Source: Eledone cirrhosa
Lineage: Eukaryota
Length of the DNA stretch: 41,091 nucleotides
Direction: 5' to 3'
Assembly: GCA_964016885.1 (NCBI GenBank)
Contig: CAXHJY010000441.1
Location: forward strand, 1 to 41,091
Shown here in pieces: positions 11,984 to 24,027 of the stretch. Both the position numbers and the translations under genes were made by a program. The notes under the pieces are model-generated. The model searched no databases, was not told the DNA's origin, and saw only the letters and a list, made by a program, of their open reading frames with translations. Positions within the stretch are counted from its first letter, which is position 1. Each line of letters opens with the position of its first letter.

Positions 11984-13852
11984 TTGAGCAACACTAGAAC
12001 GCTGGAGAACGTTAATAGTGAAAAGAGAGAGAAAGAGGCAGATATTAACGTTATATCTGCTTCTGCTGCTATGGACGTTGCCATAGATACTGTCACAAAA
12101 GAAAAAAATATATCAACATTTGAAAATGTTACAATTTCTACCGCCGAAGCGGAGAAAAATGACAATAACACACGGGAAAACACGGCAAAAAAACCCATTG
12201 ACATACATACACATGAAAAAGACATCAACAACTCTACAGATACATCTACACATAAAATTTCCAACAACGATAACATCATTATTAACAACAACATCACACA
12301 AAAAAAGAAAATGTCTTTTGCTGACACAGTCAACAAGAAACAAGATTTTATAAATCTTGATATCTCCAACGCAAGAGATATGCTCCAGCAAGGGAGAAAA
12401 TTTGTAACTTTCGAAGAAAGAGGTGGGTTTAGAATTAACTCACCCCTTGAAATAAAGGAAGACACAAACCGCCGATCAGTCACTTTTAGGACTGTGTCAA
12501 ATTCGTCAAGAAAACCGACATTTGTTAATCAGTCAGATATAGAAGATTCTTTCAAGGAGATTCTAGGAAATGTCGATTTTCTCCAGCGAGGAAAACAGTA
12601 CGGAAGTGTTTCCGTACTGTTTAAAAGCGAGACACTGGCCCAAAAAAACTCTGTGACACCAATAGTGTCAAAAGCATACACCTTTTTCCCTACATACATG
12701 GGGAAAAGGACACAAAAAATAAAAATAAAAAACATACCTCCAAGCATTAACATCTGGTGGATCTTGGCTGGCTTCGTAGAGCCAGAAACAGACATAATAC
12801 TTTCGATACGAAAATCCATTCGACAAAGGTGGGCGGGCACCGATTTGGAGATTCTGTTGCAAATGAAACCGGAGAGAATCTCCAAAATACCCGAAAGAGT
12901 CGTTATTGATAATAACAACAAAATAAACATTTCGGTAGAAGGAAGAAAATTTCACTGCTTTCGCTGTGGTAGCACATCTCACCTAAAAGCCTCTTGTCCA
13001 CAAACACACAACAGCAACATCATAAAAAAAACGCTATTACCAACACCAACACCAAAACAACCACCACCACAAGTACAATGACAGACGAAACGAACAACCA
13101 CACCAAAACAAACAGACACTCAACCAACAACAACAGAAAAAACAGAGACAACACCCCTGAAGAACACATCCCCACTCCATCCCACTCCATCAAACACTAC
13201 CACAAACACACATACCGAAACACCACCACCACCACACAACATACCCTTACCCCACACACCTGACGATGATTATTCATCGACGGATGAAGCTGCTTCTCCT
13301 TCTTTAAGTGAAGAAGAGGGAGAACCGCGGAAATCAAAAAAACAAAAAAAGAGACACCACAAAACCCCCAAAACTCCAATCACCAACACCAACACACAAC
13401 CACAGACACAAACAACACAAACAACACCACAGTCAAACACCCCCCTATCAGCAAAACCAGCACCAACACCACCCCAAACACAAGCACCCACCATAAAAAG
13501 AAAACTCCCAGATGAACAACAAACTAAAACAATACAACAAAAACACAAACAACAATACGCATACATCAACACAAACAACAAGAGTTTGATGGAGGTCATC
13601 TCCCAAAACCCCAAGGTGGAGACGGAGGGCAAAACTTTCGTCAAGGCAGAATCGTCTCCACACCTTAAACTTATAAGGGTTCCTATGGAAACCTATAAAG
13701 ACCTGAAAATTAAATTTTCACAGGACGTGGGCAACCCCTGCCACAAACCCATCAACCGCGTCCTGTTGAAAGGTTTCCCCACCCCACCCAACACCCCATC
13801 CAGCACCCAAATGGAGATTGAACAACCCGATCTCCAGGAAACGAAAAGGTAA
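11984..13852 (+). pseudogene. Tx1 ORF1 (gag-like, CX2CX4HX4C knuckle, P/T/Q-rich tail) interrupted by one in-frame TGA
   Basis: CFRCGSTSHLKASC motif; the frame stays open after TGA 13079-13081 (QTKRTTTPKQ...) through to the in-frame ORF 13586-13852; the true start is uncertain (TTG 11984 or ATG ~12071). Confidence 0.8.
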
Positions 13853-13893
13853 GTGCACCTTTCGTCCTTTTTCTCCAACTTTTCTTCACCAAC

Positions 13894-16800
13894 ATGGCTG
13901 GTTTACGAGTTGGAACCGTGAATGTGCGTGGCCTAGGGATGCCCTGGAAACAGGGCCAACTTTTAAACGACCTTAGGTCACACAGTATGGATGTGATAGC
14001 CATTACCGAGTCCAGAATCCACAACAGGCAGCAACTAACCCCTATCTTCGACGACTTTGATATCTACGCATCTCTCTGTCAGCCAGGAGGTGGAGGTGGA
14101 GTGGCTGTTATGTTTCGGAAGAACCTGGACGTCGGAGTACAGCAAGTACACTTGGACCCGGAGGGTAGACTGGTAGTCCTAGACGTGAACAGTATCGGAG
14201 GTGGAGCCTTCAGACTGGTGGCCGTTTATGCCCCGACCGGGCAATCGCAATCACGGCCAGACTTCTTTAAGCGTCTAGAGTCTTTTCTGGGAACGTCTCG
14301 CTCCTTACTTTTAGTGGGGGACTGGAATGGTATCCTAGATGCACGATGGGACTATGTGGGAGCATGTCCCAGTAGAGCGGGGTGCAACAGCCTCAAAACT
14401 TTAATCGGCCAATTCCAACTGGCCGATAGGTATCGACTGGATTTCCCGACTGCACCACAGTGGACGTGGGTAAACCGCAGTGGGACATCTAGATCGTATT
14501 TAGATAGGTTCTTCATTAGAGAAAGGGACAAGGATATGTTAAGCTGTCCACGAATGCACATGGTTGCCTATTCAGATCACAAGTTAGTCGTCTGCTTAGT
14601 CAACCGTGATAGAATACATAGACAGGGTCCCGGATACTGGAAGCTGAACGTGTCGTTGCCGGCACGTAAAGCTTACAGTGAACGGATAAGTAAACTAGTC
14701 AAGCAACAGTTAACGGGAGCCATCGTCAACAATAGATGGTGGTACTCTCTCAAGAAAGCAATTAGAATAGAATCGATAGGGTATAGCAGAGAGTTAGCCT
14801 TAGACAAAAACAGAATAGAAAGAGAACTAGTAGCCAAGGTAGAGGAGGCACTTAGAAGTGGCAACGCGGCTAGAGTGTTAGCGTCGAGAACGGCACTGGA
14901 CCAGTTCTTCGATGCGAAACACGAAGGCTGCGTGGTCAGAAGCAAAACACGTGCTCTAGGAAACAAAGGAGCGAAAGCTGTCAGCTGGGCCCGAGTGGCG
15001 GAGGCAAAAAGTGGCAACAAGTCCACGATTCGGTCTTTGAAAGACCAAAACGGACGCGTGCTACTTGACCCCAAGCAAATGTGCGCGGCCTTTCAGCGGC
15101 ACTTTGCGCGACTGTTTGAGCAGAACGACAGTGAGCCGAACGGGGCAATGGACTTTAGTTCATACCTCGACGGCCTGCCGCGTCTCTCGAACACGGACGC
15201 CGAGTTCTGCGAAAGACCGATCACGGACACTGAGATACGGGACGCTCTGGGCCGCTGCGGGAAACGCAAGTCACCCGGTCTAGATGGTCTACCCTACGAA
15301 TTTTACATAGGCATGCCGGACTTGTTCTCTGGCGTCCTCGAAGCCGTCTACTGCAATTGGCAGCAGAACGGGAGAATTCCCAGTTCTGCAGGCAAGGGCG
15401 TAGTAACGCTGATCAGGAAAGACGAGAACAAGGGGGACGAAATTAACAACTTCAGGCCCATAACTCTGCTCAACACAGAGTTAAAGATTTTGGCCAAGGT
15501 GCTAGCGACGAGGTTGGCGCTTGTCGTCGAGAACCTGGTAGGGAAAGCGCAAACGTGTGCAATTCCGACCAGGTCCATACACGACAACCTCCACCTCATG
15601 CGATACATCATAGAGAGGGTGGGTAGTAAACCCGGCTTCGGTGGGGCTCTGATCAACTTGGATCAGTCTAAGGCATTCGATAGGGTCGACCATCGATACT
15701 TGGAAGCGGTTCTCAAGGCGGCCGGTTTCGGTCCCGTGTTCAGAGGATGGATCGAGGCGATGCACACCAGCATCTGCTCGAGGGTCAAGGTAAACGGCTA
15801 CCTATCGGAGCCGTTCGCAATCACGCGTTCCATTCGACAGGGATGCCCTCTCTCCTCCATTCTGTATGTATTGACTCTAGAGCCACTACTGCGGAAATTG
15901 GAGCTGTTGCAGGGCATCCCACTAGAACCGGGACTGCGCAAAGCGGCGTCGGCTTATGCCGACGACGTGACAGTAATGGTGTCGAGCACCTCGGAAATCG
16001 GGGTGATCGGCAACATACTGAAAGAATACGAAACGCTGACGGGAGCAAAACTAAACCCAGACAAGTCTGTCGGTTTGCAACTCGGTACGTGGAGAGGCAA
16101 ACCGATGACATCCGACAGCGTCGTTGGACGCTGGACGGACGGACCGGTGAAATTGCTCGGGGTCTGGTTCGGTCCAGACCTCCAGGTGGAGAAAAACTGG
16201 AACGAGGTCACGGCCAAGGTGTTTGCACTCACTCAGAAGTGGGCAGAGTGCAAACTGTCCTTGAAAGGTCGAGCGGAGGTGGCGAACACTTTCATAGCGT
16301 CCGTCATCTACTACCGCTTGACTGTCGTGCCTTGTCCCCGTGAACACCTCGCCAAGATGGAACGCATGCTCTTCCAGTTTCTGTGGAAGAAGCAGGCTCC
16401 GCTGGTGAGGAGATCCGTCTGCTGTCAGCACCCTTCCAACGGAGGGCTGGGAATGCCGTGGCTGATGATGCGTAAACATGCGCTGAGGCTGCGGCATCTC
16501 CAGGTATTCCTCACCGTTTGTGAGACAGGCTTTCCCACAGCTCGTCTCGCTAACGGAGCTGCAGTCCTGGGTGAAGAAAAGACCGAAAACGATGGGCGCC
16601 TGGCACATTGAATGCGCTCAGGCGCTCACAGTCCTCTGGCAAGCGGGCGCAGCAATCAGTGGAGACTCCACTTCGACATTCTATAGAGGGATTGTACGTT
16701 ACAAGGGCGACGACGTGCTCGGAGAGACTCTGGGCGTCGAAGACGATGAGCTCACCAGTATGTTTGGTAGGACTTTCCGCCCGGGACCTATGGACAACTT

Positions 16801-17317
16801 CCAGAGGTCCCTGGTCTGGCAGTGCTACCGAGGAGCTCTACCGGTTCGTGACAAGATCTACAGGCACGGACGCCCTGGCAGGGATCCTTCCAAGAGGACG
16901 TGTCCAAGATGTGCGCAGGACATTGAAACAGTTCTGCACGCAATTGTACACTGCCCGGGCGTAAGCGACCTGTGGAACTATGCAGAACAACTGCTGTCGC
17001 GTATGGGACAAATACAGTTGACTGCCGAGTCCATAGTAAGGATCAAACCGCCAGACTCTTTCAAAAACGAAAGAGAGGCGGTTTTCCTCTGTACGGTGGC
17101 TATGGTGAAAGAAGTTATATGGTGGACGAGGTTGAGAGGACTGAGGACAGATGCCTTTCTCTCCGGACAACAATTGATTCCATTCTTTAAGTATCACTTT
17201 AGAAGGAGAATCAGGGTGGAGAGAGAGGCACTGCACCCCAGTAAATTTACTGAAAGGTGGGTGAATGAAGCGAAAATGGCCAGAGTGATTGGGCCTTCTC
17301 TGTTTATAAGCCTGTAG
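13894..17317 (+). pseudogene. Tx1 ORF2: apurinic-like endonuclease, reverse transcriptase, C-terminal zinc finger; one frameshift near 16510
   Basis: TVNVRG, GDWN, SDH (APE); GLDG, FRPITLLN, LDQSKAFD, RQGCPLS, AYADD (RT); continues in +1 frame SPFVRQAFPQL...CPRC...HAIVHC. Confidence 0.93.
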
Positions 17318-17590
17318 GTTGAGGAAGAGAGCAAAAGGAAGAAAGGAGCACTTGCACAACACGCTCCTTGAGTTGAGGGTTGTTCTATCGACGGAGTATT
17401 AAACAACCCATTTGTGGCGCCTCCCCCCTATTGGGGATTTCGATTGTTGAAATTGTTTGTTTTTATATTTTTTACACGACTGTATGTAAAATCCCCGGCA
17501 TGTCTTTGTATTGTCCCCTTTCTTGTTGCGCCCTTGTGGCTAATAAAGAAATCTATCTATCTATATATCTATCTATATATCTATCTATAT

Positions 17591-17891
17591 AAAGGTGGGT
17601 GAAAGTGGCGAGAATGGCCCGAGTGAATGGGCCTTCTCTCTATATCAGCCTGTAGGTTGAGGAAAAGGAGGAGGAGAGGAAAGGAGTACAAGCTCTTCGT
17701 ACTCCTGGAGATGAGGGTTGCACATTTTTTTCGGGGGTCTGTGTTACCCATATAAACTGTCTCCCTCTATTGGGGAAAATCGACTAACTTTTAAATTCCA
17801 TCTGTGATAACATTTTACACGTTTTTATTGTATGTAAACTTCCCCCTTTGTATTTGTCCCCTTCTTTTGTGCCCCTGTGGCTAATAAAGAA
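17591..17891 (+). mobile_element. Short 5'-truncated Tx1 copy C (last codons + 3' UTR)
   Basis: aaaggtgggtgaaagtggcgagaatggccc... matches 11376-11440 and 17253-17320; ends gtggctaataaagaaa then (TATC)n/(TA)n. Confidence 0.88.
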
Positions 17892-18418
17892 ATATATCTA
17901 TATATATCTATCTATATATATATATCTATATATATATATATATCTATATCTATCTATCTATCTATATATCTATCTATCTATATCTATATATCTATCTATC
18001 TATATATCTATCTATCTATATATCTATCTATCTATCTATCTATATATCTATCTATCTATCTATATATCTATCTATATATATATATATATCTATATATATA
18101 TATATATCTATATATATATATATATCTATATATATATATATATCTATATATATATCTATATATATATCTATATATATATCTATATCTATATCTATATCTA
18201 TATCTATATATATATCTATATATATCTCTATATATATATATATCTATATCTCTATATATATATATATATATATCTATATATATCTCTATATATATATCTA
18301 TATATATCTCTATATATATATCTATATATATATCTATATATATCTCTATATATATATCTATATATATCTCTATATATATATCTATATATATATCTATATA
18401 TCTATATATATATATATA

Positions 18419-18763
18419 TGGAGGCACATGGCTTAGTGGTTAGAGCATTGGCCTTGCAATCGAAAGGTTGTGAGTTCAATTCTCAGACCGGGTGGTGTGT
18501 TGTTTCCTTGAGCAAGACTCTTTATTTCAAATTGCTCCAGTTTACTCAGCTGTAGAAATGAGATGATAGGGACTGAGGTCCTTATCATTCCACTGCAAAG
18601 TGGTCGTGTAGGTGCCACGGCAAAAAAGCACCCAGCACTCACTGTAAATGAGGTTGGTGTTAGGAAGGGCATCCAGCTGTAGAAATCAAGCCAGAATCAG
18701 TTCCCGTCCCACCCTTGCAAGCAGGGAAAAGCGGACGTAAAATGAAATGATGATGAATGATGA
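18419..18763 (+). mobile_element. tRNA-derived SINE with RTE-like 3' tail
   Basis: A box tggcttagtgg (18429-18439), B box gttcaattc (18474-18482), tail shares cactgtaaatg.ggttggtgttaggaagggcatccagctgtagaaa and gcaagc...cggacg.aaa(tga)n with the RTE 3' UTR. Confidence 0.85.
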
Positions 18764-19093
18764 TATATATATCTATATATATATCTATATATATATATAT
18801 ATCTATATATATATCTATATATATATCTATATATATATCTATATATATATCTATATATATATATATATATATATATCTATATATATATATATATATATAT
18901 ATCTATATATATCTCTATATATATATATCTATATATCTCTATATATATCTCTATATCTCTATATATATATCTCTATATATATATCTCTATATATATATCT
19001 CTATATATATATCTCTCTATATATATATCTCTATATATATATCTATATATCTATATATATATATATATCTATATATCTATATATATCTATATA

Positions 19094-19146
<53 letters not shown>

Positions 19147-19291
19147 ATCTATCTATATATATATATATATTTATATATATCTATATATCTATATATTTAA
19201 CGAAGGAAATGTGGTAAGGAACCAGGTGGACCATAACGCACCAAAGTACTCAATACTTGAGGTAGTAGAGTGGATAATAGGAACCAGTAAG

Positions 19292-19385
19292 ACCCCGACA
19301 GCTGAGCTCAAGCCGTTTCGACGGCTAATTCTGGACTAAATGAAAATTTATCCTGGTATTTAAATAGCCGATCTTCTCAAGGGGT
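19292..19385 (-). ncRNA. Type I hammerhead ribozyme (U3-A8 variant), inverted copy
   Basis: Reverse complement of 21241-21334. Confidence 0.75.
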
Positions 19386-21240
19386 AATTCCATATATGGT
19401 CAAAGTGATTGTCAAAAATCAGTAGTAATTCTGTGGTTGCAAATTAGTAGCGGAGATGGTGGCTAAACCTGCCAGTAGGAGAAAGAGGGGAGGGGGTGGA
19501 GTAGCCCCAATCAAGCGTTTGTAGTGCCAGCTACAGCTGGGCATGAGGTCAAAGAAGATACAGGGGAGGGGGAGGGGGGGAAGTCGGAACGGTAGGTAGA
19601 ACAATGGGGGGTAGAAATATATAGGAAAGAAAAAATACTGAGAGTGAAGAAAAGCAAATAAGTGTAAAGAAAAACAAATGAGTGTAAAGAAAGTAAAGTA
19701 AATTAAATTCTACGACCTAGGTCTCTAGCTATTGTTAGTCTAGAATAAATAAATAAATAAAGAAAGAAAGAAAGAAGTAAAGAAAGAAATAAAGAAATAA
19801 CGAAATAAGTAAAAGAACTAGGTGGGACGGAATAGGCGAGGACCCTTTTAAGAGGTATAAGTACGTAAATGATACGGTGACGGGTCAACAAAAGGGGCCA
19901 AAATACTAAAGAGACTACCACGAAATAAACAATAAAGGTTTCCATCCCGGGCACAATTCCAGCAACCACCCAGTGCAGCAAAGTGAACTGTTTTCGACGG
20001 ACCAACTCCTAAACAAGAAAGATGAACTGGTTACTGCATGTAAACATAGATTGCGTAGGACTTACCTCGCCCTCAAACCCCATAATGACCCGGGGGGGTA
20101 GACTAGGGCTATAACACCCCACTTGCCGATTTTGTAATGGGTAACCCCTGCTTGCCAAGGGAGACGTAAGATCTTCTTTGTATTCTTTTATCGCTTCCTT
20201 TATTTCCTTCCTTCCCCCCTCTCTCCTTAGTCCTTCTACCCCAGCTCTTCTCCTTTGTCGGCGTCTTTTCTCGCCCACCCGAGGCTGCCCTTTGGCCCAT
20301 TGTAGCCTTAGTACCCCTACCCCCTCCCCTAGTCTAGGATAGATTTGGCGGACTCCGCCCTTTATAGCAGTTGGTTTAGACCCCGGATACTTGTCCCCTT
20401 TTTCCGACCGCTCCCACTATTCTCTGTGCCCTCTATATTTCTTAGTGGCACTTATGCCTTATTTTTTCGTTTCAGTATTTCTTTCTTCGCTTTTCTTTTG
20501 GGCGGGGTGGATTCTGAATTTATTCTTCCGCATTCTACCTTTACTTCGTACGAACTTTCATGTAGCTTGTTTTAGATCTTTTAGAGTTAGCATTAGTATA
20601 TATTTTTCTCGGAACTCAGAATTATTATCTCGTATTAGTTCACTTTGCTGCACTGGGTGGTTGCTGGAATTGTGCCCGGGATGGAAACCTTTATTGTTTA
20701 TTTCGTGGTAGTCTCTTTAGTATTTTGGCCCCTTTTGTTGACCCGTCACCGTATCATTTACGTACTTATACCTCTTAAAAGGGTCCTCGCCTATTCCGTC
20801 CCACCTAGTTCTTTTACTTATTTCGTTATTTCTTTATTTCTTTCTTTACTTCTTTCTTTCTTTATTTATTTATTTATTTATTCTAGACTAACAATAGCTA
20901 GAGACCTAGGTCGTAGAATTTAATTTACTTTACTTTCTTTACACTCATTTGTTTTTCTTTACACTTATTTGCTTTTCTTCACTCTCAGTATTTTTTCTTT
21001 CCTATATATTTCTACCCCCATTGTTCTACCTACCGTTCCGACTTCCTCCCCCTCTCCCTCCCCTGTATCTTCTTTGACCTCATGCCCAGCTGTAGCTGGC
21101 ACTACAAACGCTTGATTGGGGCTACTCCACCCCCTCCCCTCTTTCTCCTACTGACAGGTTTAGCCACCATCTCCCCTACTAATTTGCAACCACAGAATTA
21201 CTACTGATTTTTGACAATCACTTTGACCATATATGGAATT

Positions 21241-21334
21241 ACCCCTTGAGAAGATCGGCTATTTAAATACCAGGATAAATTTTCATTTAGTCCAGAATTA
21301 GCCGTCGAAACGGCTTGAGCTCAGCTGTCGGGGT
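21241..21334 (+). ncRNA. Type I hammerhead ribozyme (U3-A8 variant core)
   Basis: Helix I acccc/ggggt; core UUGAGAA; helix II ga(t)cggcta/tagccgtc; GAAA; helix III cggct/agctg with loop tgagctc; GUC cleavage triplet ending 21329. Confidence 0.75.
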
Positions 21335-21368
21335 CTTACTGGTTCCTATATATATATTTATATATATA

Positions 21369-21421
<53 letters not shown>

Positions 21422-21469
21422 TAAGAGAGTAAAACAAAGAATCCTTTAATACATCAAAAGTTTTTATTA

Positions 21470-21507
21470 GCCGACAATGTTTTGTCCTATTAAGGACTCA
21501 TCAGGGC
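21470..21507 (-). ncRNA. Minimal type I hammerhead ribozyme with G12A substitution (likely inactive) in a Penelope-type 3' end (~21420-21690)
   Basis: Reverse complement: gcc CTGATGA gtcct-taat-aggac AAAA c att GTC ggc. Confidence 0.7.
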
Positions 21508-22550
21508 AATCAAATCAACAAGAGGTAATTTCGGCAGATACAAGACAGAAACTCTGAAGAATATGGAGTGTACATACACTAATGTCTTACAAAGATATAC
21601 GATAATAAAAATGAAGATAAAAATAATAAAATTATAATAACTAAGGATGTAGATAACATTAAGAACAATATTACAAATATAGTCCATATTACAAATATAT
21701 ATATATAGATATATATATATATATATCTATATAAAATATTAAAAAAATAATGAATAAAACAATGAAACAGTTCCTTATATTAAACAAAAAAAGTTCATTA
21801 TTTAACGATCGTTTCTAGGACATATATGTGTTAGAATTGGCATGCATATTCAAAAGATCTATGTACAAAATTATACAAAATTATACAAACTATCAAATAG
21901 AATATACATACCAACACATACATATGCCGTCTTCAGAAATAATGAAGTATATTTATTGATAATAACAACAATTCAAAATTACAGGTCTGTTTGGGAACAG
22001 ATTTTAAATAGACCAATGAAATACATAAAAATACATCAAGAAAATACAGTTAGGTGTGTGTATATATGCAAGTAACTTCGTTCACAGATATGCATAAAAG
22101 TGTATGTTCACATGCATACGCATGTCGAAAAAGTGTATGTAAATACAAAAATTCAGGGCTAATGTCTCGGTATGTTTATAATCCACAGACAAAATACACA
22201 TACGTATACATACATATATACACTCATATACACACACATATACATACATTCATACACACACACGCATATACACATAAACATACACATACCCACGAACACA
22301 CACACACACACAGACACACACACATACACACATACGTATATATTATTATTATAACTATATGGATATTATTATAACTATATGGATACACTTACATCTAGAT
22401 GCAGAACTAAAAATAGGTAAGGGAGTAAGTAAATTACAGAGGGTGTCAGACTCAGCATATTTATAAAAATGTATCTATAAATTTAGAAATAAAAAGAAAT
22501 ATATTAAAAGAAATAAACAAGTAAAAGATATACTCATACATATAAATACA

Positions 22551-22590
<40 letters not shown>

Positions 22591-23241
22591 CATATATATA
22601 TATACATACATATACACACACACATATATATACACACATACTCACAACACATATATACATATATGTACACACACATACACACATACATACATATACATAT
22701 ACATACATATACATATATATATATATACACACACATATATATATACACACACATACATATACGTATATATACATACACACACATACCCATGTATATATAC
22801 ACACAACCACACACTCACACACAACTCAGACATACATAAATATAGAGACATACATACACACATATATACATATACATATATACATACATATAAATATATA
22901 TACACACATATATATACACACATATATATATATATATATATAAAAAAATAAATAAATACACAGTCAGACAATTATGCACATATATACACATACATACACA
23001 TATCTCTACAAATACATATACATACACATACATACATACACATATATATACATATATATATATATTTATAAATATATATATACCCCAAAATACCAACATA
23101 AAACCAATTTTCTCTAACTCCTCTAATATAAAGTATAGTAACTCTCAAAAAACTACTCATCATACAACTCTAATAAATGTTAATAATAAAACTCCTAATA
23201 AACAAGATAAAACACCTAAATCAATAAATCTAACTAAAAAT

Positions 23242-24027
23242 GTGCGTGGTGAAGTCATTAACATTAATCCTCCTAGTAAACATCCCGATGCATCCTATAA
23301 AAACAATAAACAACATAGAAACCGTAATAGACGAGTTACTTGGTATAATGCTCCATTTAATTTACAAATTAAGGATAATATTGCTAAAAAATTGTTTAAT
23401 ATCCTAGAGAAAAACTTCCTGCCAAACCACAAATACCATCAAATCTTAAATAGATCAACAGTTAAATTCTCATACTCAACAACCAAAAACATAAAACAAA
23501 ATATAAGTGCCTATAATGCATATAAATGTAAAAAAACCATAAGTATACCACCAATACATCAAACTAACCATAATATCTCCTCAAATACAGAATTAACGAA
23601 AGGTTGTAACTGTAGAAACAAAGCAAACTGCCCATTAAAAGGAAATTGTCTTGTTAACAACATAGTTTATAAATGTAAAGTTAAAACTAAAGATTCTATT
23701 TGCTCATATATAGGAGCTACTTCTAACAATTTTAAGGTAAGGTTTAATACCCACAAACATAGTTTTAAAAATGCTGCACTGGCTAATACAACATCTCTAG
23801 CAGAAAAAATTAATAGTTATAGAAATAATATAGAATATGATATGACCTGGAGTGTGCTCAAAAGAGCCACCCCTTATCAAAATAATAGAAATGAATGTAG
23901 ATTGTGTTCCCAAGAACTATTTGAAATAATGAAATCTAAGGATATCCTATTAAATAAGCGACAGGAATTAATTATATCGTGTAATCATAAACTGAGAAAA
24001 ACATTTAAATATTATAAACCTAATTAA
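23242..24027 (+). pseudogene. Penelope-like element C-terminal part: linker + GIY-YIG endonuclease (RT deleted)
   Basis: WYNAPF, CNCR..NCPLKGNCL, IVYKCKV...SYIG, RFNTHK, CRLCSQE motifs; homologous to the C-terminal half of 30252-31958. Confidence 0.88.

Larger units (their letters stand above)
11770..17550 (+). mobile_element. Near full-length Tx1-clade (L1 group) non-LTR retrotransposon, copy B
   Basis: 5' UTR, ORF1 with CCHC knuckle, ORF2 APE-RT-ZnF, 3' UTR ending aataaagaaa; (TATC)n on both sides. Confidence 0.92.
19199..21349. mobile_element. Non-coding fold-back element, probably a non-autonomous Penelope-like derivative
   Basis: ~713-bp inverted arms 19277-19989 and 20637-21349 around a ~650-bp spacer; hammerhead fold at each outer end; ~80-bp extra tail on the left only; embedded in (TA)n. 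Confidence 0.7.

Noticed and set aside
14352-17406. Overlapping and antisense ORFs within Tx1 ORF2
   Set aside because: Expected shadows of a GC-balanced coding region; no independent motifs
18419-18495. Possible tRNA gene
   Set aside because: A and B boxes are present but there is no full cloverleaf; it continues into a SINE body and tail
20009-20278. 89-aa minus-strand ORF with an RGYP motif reminiscent of the Penelope thumb
   Set aside because: Too short and low in complexity to support; no other RT or GIY-YIG motifs nearby
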